A stretch of 64,000 bases of DNA from a virus. Under the pieces are notes generated by a model. That model ran no database searches. It was given only the letters and a program-made list of their open reading frames with translations, and had not been told where the DNA came from. Numbering within the stretch: the first letter of the stretch is position 1; every line of letters starts with the position of its first letter. The translations under genes were made by a program, and so were the position numbers. Positions 62,031-64,000 of this stretch are shown here, piece after piece. The stretch is from positions 5,409 through 69,408 of IMG/VR virus record IMGVR_UViG_3300005528_000059; one strand, 5' to 3'.

Positions 62031-63380
62031 TTAGTTGGCTTCCTCGGCTAGCTCAGTGATTGCCTCATCTTCGGTTAATCCAGAATTCTTCTTGCGTCCA
62101 TAGGCCTCCTTTTTGATACTGAGGAAGTATGTGTAATAATGGTGATGCTTCGCCCGAGCCTGTTCTAACGTCAGTTGTAGCGGACTTTCGATTACATTCA
62201 AGAACTCCTCCCAAGTGCTGAAGGGGAGCTCGTGTACTGTTGGGAAGAACTCTGTTGTCCATGCGATGAGGGTTTCCAAAGGTCTGAAGTCATCTTCGTT
62301 TGTTAGCTCGTTGCGTTTTTGGAAGGCGTAATCGTCCCATGACAATTTGGTAGTTGTTACGGTCACTTCCGTTCGACGACCTTTGTAAGACATGCTGGCA
62401 GCGTCGAAGAGGATTTGGTCTTCGTCTGTCATCTCGAACTCACGGAGCATTTTGGAGTGATTAGAGGTGCGGAGGGATAGATTGGGGACGACTGCGCCGA
62501 TATCCTTGAGGATTACGAATGGCAGTATGCGCTCACCTAACGGGTGATGACTGGGAGGTTTGTAGGGGATAGTGATGGTGGAAAACTCTGATCTGCGTTT
62601 GTCGATCTTGTGGCTGTGTCCGAGGGTTATGGTCTTTTTGGAGTGGCTTACGCGATAAGTGATTAATGGGAAAGTGTCCTGCGTAGGGTCCTCGTGGTCA
62701 CCCATGTTGTGTACTTGACGGAAGACAGCTTTTTGAGTTTCGCTCATGATTGTGTTCCAGTAGAACTCACGACACACTCGGATACTGTAAGCTCCTTCGG
62801 TTGTGCGGAAAGTGATCTTCTTCGCTATTCCAACGAGGGCGGGTCCTAGGTTGGTTTTTAATGGGTTAGAGAAGAGGGGCTTGAGTCGGTTCCATCGGAT
62901 TACGCGGCTGTATTCTTCTTTGATAAGGAAGAGTTCTATGATTCGGGTGACGACTTTTGCCTCGTCGTAAGAAAGCTCAGCGATAGGGAAACCGCCTTCC
63001 CCATACTCGTTCTCGTTGAACCGTTCGGCTAGTTTTTGAAGGGAAGTGTCGATTGGAGCTACTGTGTGGAATTGGGAAGTGAATTTCCCATATGGGATGG
63101 CGATGTATCTTCCGATGAGGTCGCCTGTCTTCGGATCGAACGTCTCGTTGAATTTGAGGCGGAAACAGGTTTGCTCGTTTGGAATAGCCTTCAGGGAGAA
63201 AAGCTCCTCCTCGGTGTATTGGCTCTCGAAAGATGCAGAACCACCGATTGGTCTCAGCGAGCTATCCAAAATGGTGAGGCTCTTCTCTGCTGCATGGGCA
63301 GATATCTTGTGATAGAAGATAACTACTTCCTCGCCGCCGAATATCATTTTTCGTACGTAGGCATTATTTTCGCGGAACAT
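62031..63380 (-). CDS. Hypothetical protein (449 aa)
   Basis: Long ORF with caggag RBS; no family recognised. Confidence 0.7.
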   Translation of the reverse strand: MFRENNAYVRKMIFGGEEVVIFYHKISAHAAEKSLTILDSSLRPIGGSASFESQYTEEELFSLKAIPNEQTCFRLKFNETFDPKTGDLIGRYIAIPYGKFTSQFHTVAPIDTSLQKLAERFNENEYGEGGFPIAELSYDEAKVVTRIIELFLIKEEYSRVIRWNRLKPLFSNPLKTNLGPALVGIAKKITFRTTEGAYSIRVCREFYWNTIMSETQKAVFRQVHNMGDHEDPTQDTFPLITYRVSHSKKTITLGHSHKIDKRRSEFSTITIPYKPPSHHPLGERILPFVILKDIGAVVPNLSLRTSNHSKMLREFEMTDEDQILFDAASMSYKGRRTEVTVTTTKLSWDDYAFQKRNELTNEDDFRPLETLIAWTTEFFPTVHELPFSTWEEFLNVIESPLQLTLEQARAKHHHYYTYFLSIKKEAYGRKKNSGLTEDEAITELAEEAN

Positions 63381-63689
63381 GCGTGGGTTCTCCTGTGGTT
63401 TGTGTCTGTTGGTCGTCTTAGGTGGGTAGATGTAGGCAGGTTAGGGGAGGATTTTGGGTTAGTAAAGCGGTAAAGTATCAAGGTCGTATTTCTGGAATAT
63501 ATGGCGTATTATGTCGTGTTATTCGGTTATAGGCGTGTTAGGGTGGTATTGGAATATAGTCGGAATTAGGGGTGGAAATTGGGGGTTGGAGGTCGTGGAA
63601 ATTAGGTGGGAATTCCTCCATGGACGACGTTTTTAGGGCTAATACGATTTATGCAGAGTAATATGGATTATAGATGATAATAAATGGAA

Positions 63690-63950
63690 AACACGTCGTT
63701 ATAGTCGTTAACACGTTTATATCGTTTTTGTTCACAAAAGTTTAGCACGACACCTTAGCCCTTAGGTAGTATTAGGTTACAGGGTGGTTTATATCGTTTT
63801 ATACATGGAAAATACAAATACAGTAATAAGGGTGTCCATGGAAATATTTTGAGCAACTTGGGATATACACAGTCTAAAAACAGGGCCTGGAATTCCATAT
63901 TACAGTATTTGTATTGGCAGCGTGTTTTCTTTTATAAACGACGTATAATC
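63690..63950. repeat. Non-coding region with direct and inverted repeats (candidate origin or genome terminus)
   Basis: gtttatatcgtttt at 63715 and 63787; aatacaaatacagtaat (63811-63827) inverted with attacagtatttgtatt (63899-63915), 1 mismatch. Confidence 0.55.
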
Positions 63951-64000
63951 GAATGTTACCAAGCAATAAGGTTGGGGCAGTTGGGTTTTGTGAATAAGTG

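Noticed and set aside
1-64000. Stop-codon reassignment suggested by the many short ORFs and frequent TAG
   Set aside because: Core genes are full length in the standard code and end in TAA, TAG and TGA; the short genes have their own RBSs and coupled starts; the only tRNA is Arg(TCT), not a suppressor.

Overview
This is a 64-kb stretch of a dsDNA tailed-phage genome. The host is probably an Alphaproteobacterium, judged from a GTA-type capsid fragment and stand-alone DnaA domain IV and OmpR-type HTH proteins. No integrase or CRISPR array is visible. Layout: (1-9.5 kb) tail fibre/receptor-binding and other virion genes plus a holin-like gene. (9.6-31.4 kb) replication and nucleotide module: nuclease, SNF2 helicase, SSB-like protein, Ala/Lys-rich wHTH protein, a thymidine-hypermodification cluster (aGPT-Pplase1-type protein, glycosyltransferase, dUMP hydroxymethylase, HD nucleotidase, DUF3310), PolA, 5'-3' exonuclease, DenV-like glycosylase, RecD-like helicase, DEDDh exonuclease, TerS/TerL, NrdJ, ATP ligase and primase-helicase. 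(32-60.5 kb) about 80 small co-oriented accessory genes, SSB and tRNA-Arg(TCT), driven by a recurrent TTG-N3-N16-TAnnnT promoter. (60.5-64 kb) three minus-strand genes and a repeat-rich non-coding end. Three signals stand out. (a) A degenerate ~90-bp element with 10-bp-phased TA steps recurs every 2-10 kb in both orientations, even inside a gene, and resembles a strong gyrase site. (b) These elements and the promoter melting regions are strongly depleted of TC/GA dinucleotides, suggesting modification-free islands in a genome whose T is hypermodified in the TC context. (c) Accessory genes carry fragments or inactivated copies of conserved proteins (HK97/GTA capsid, PolA O-helix, Ser-less ACP, SSB tail, DnaA domain IV) that could be decoys or mimics. 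All calls are by-eye motif recognition; no database search was run.
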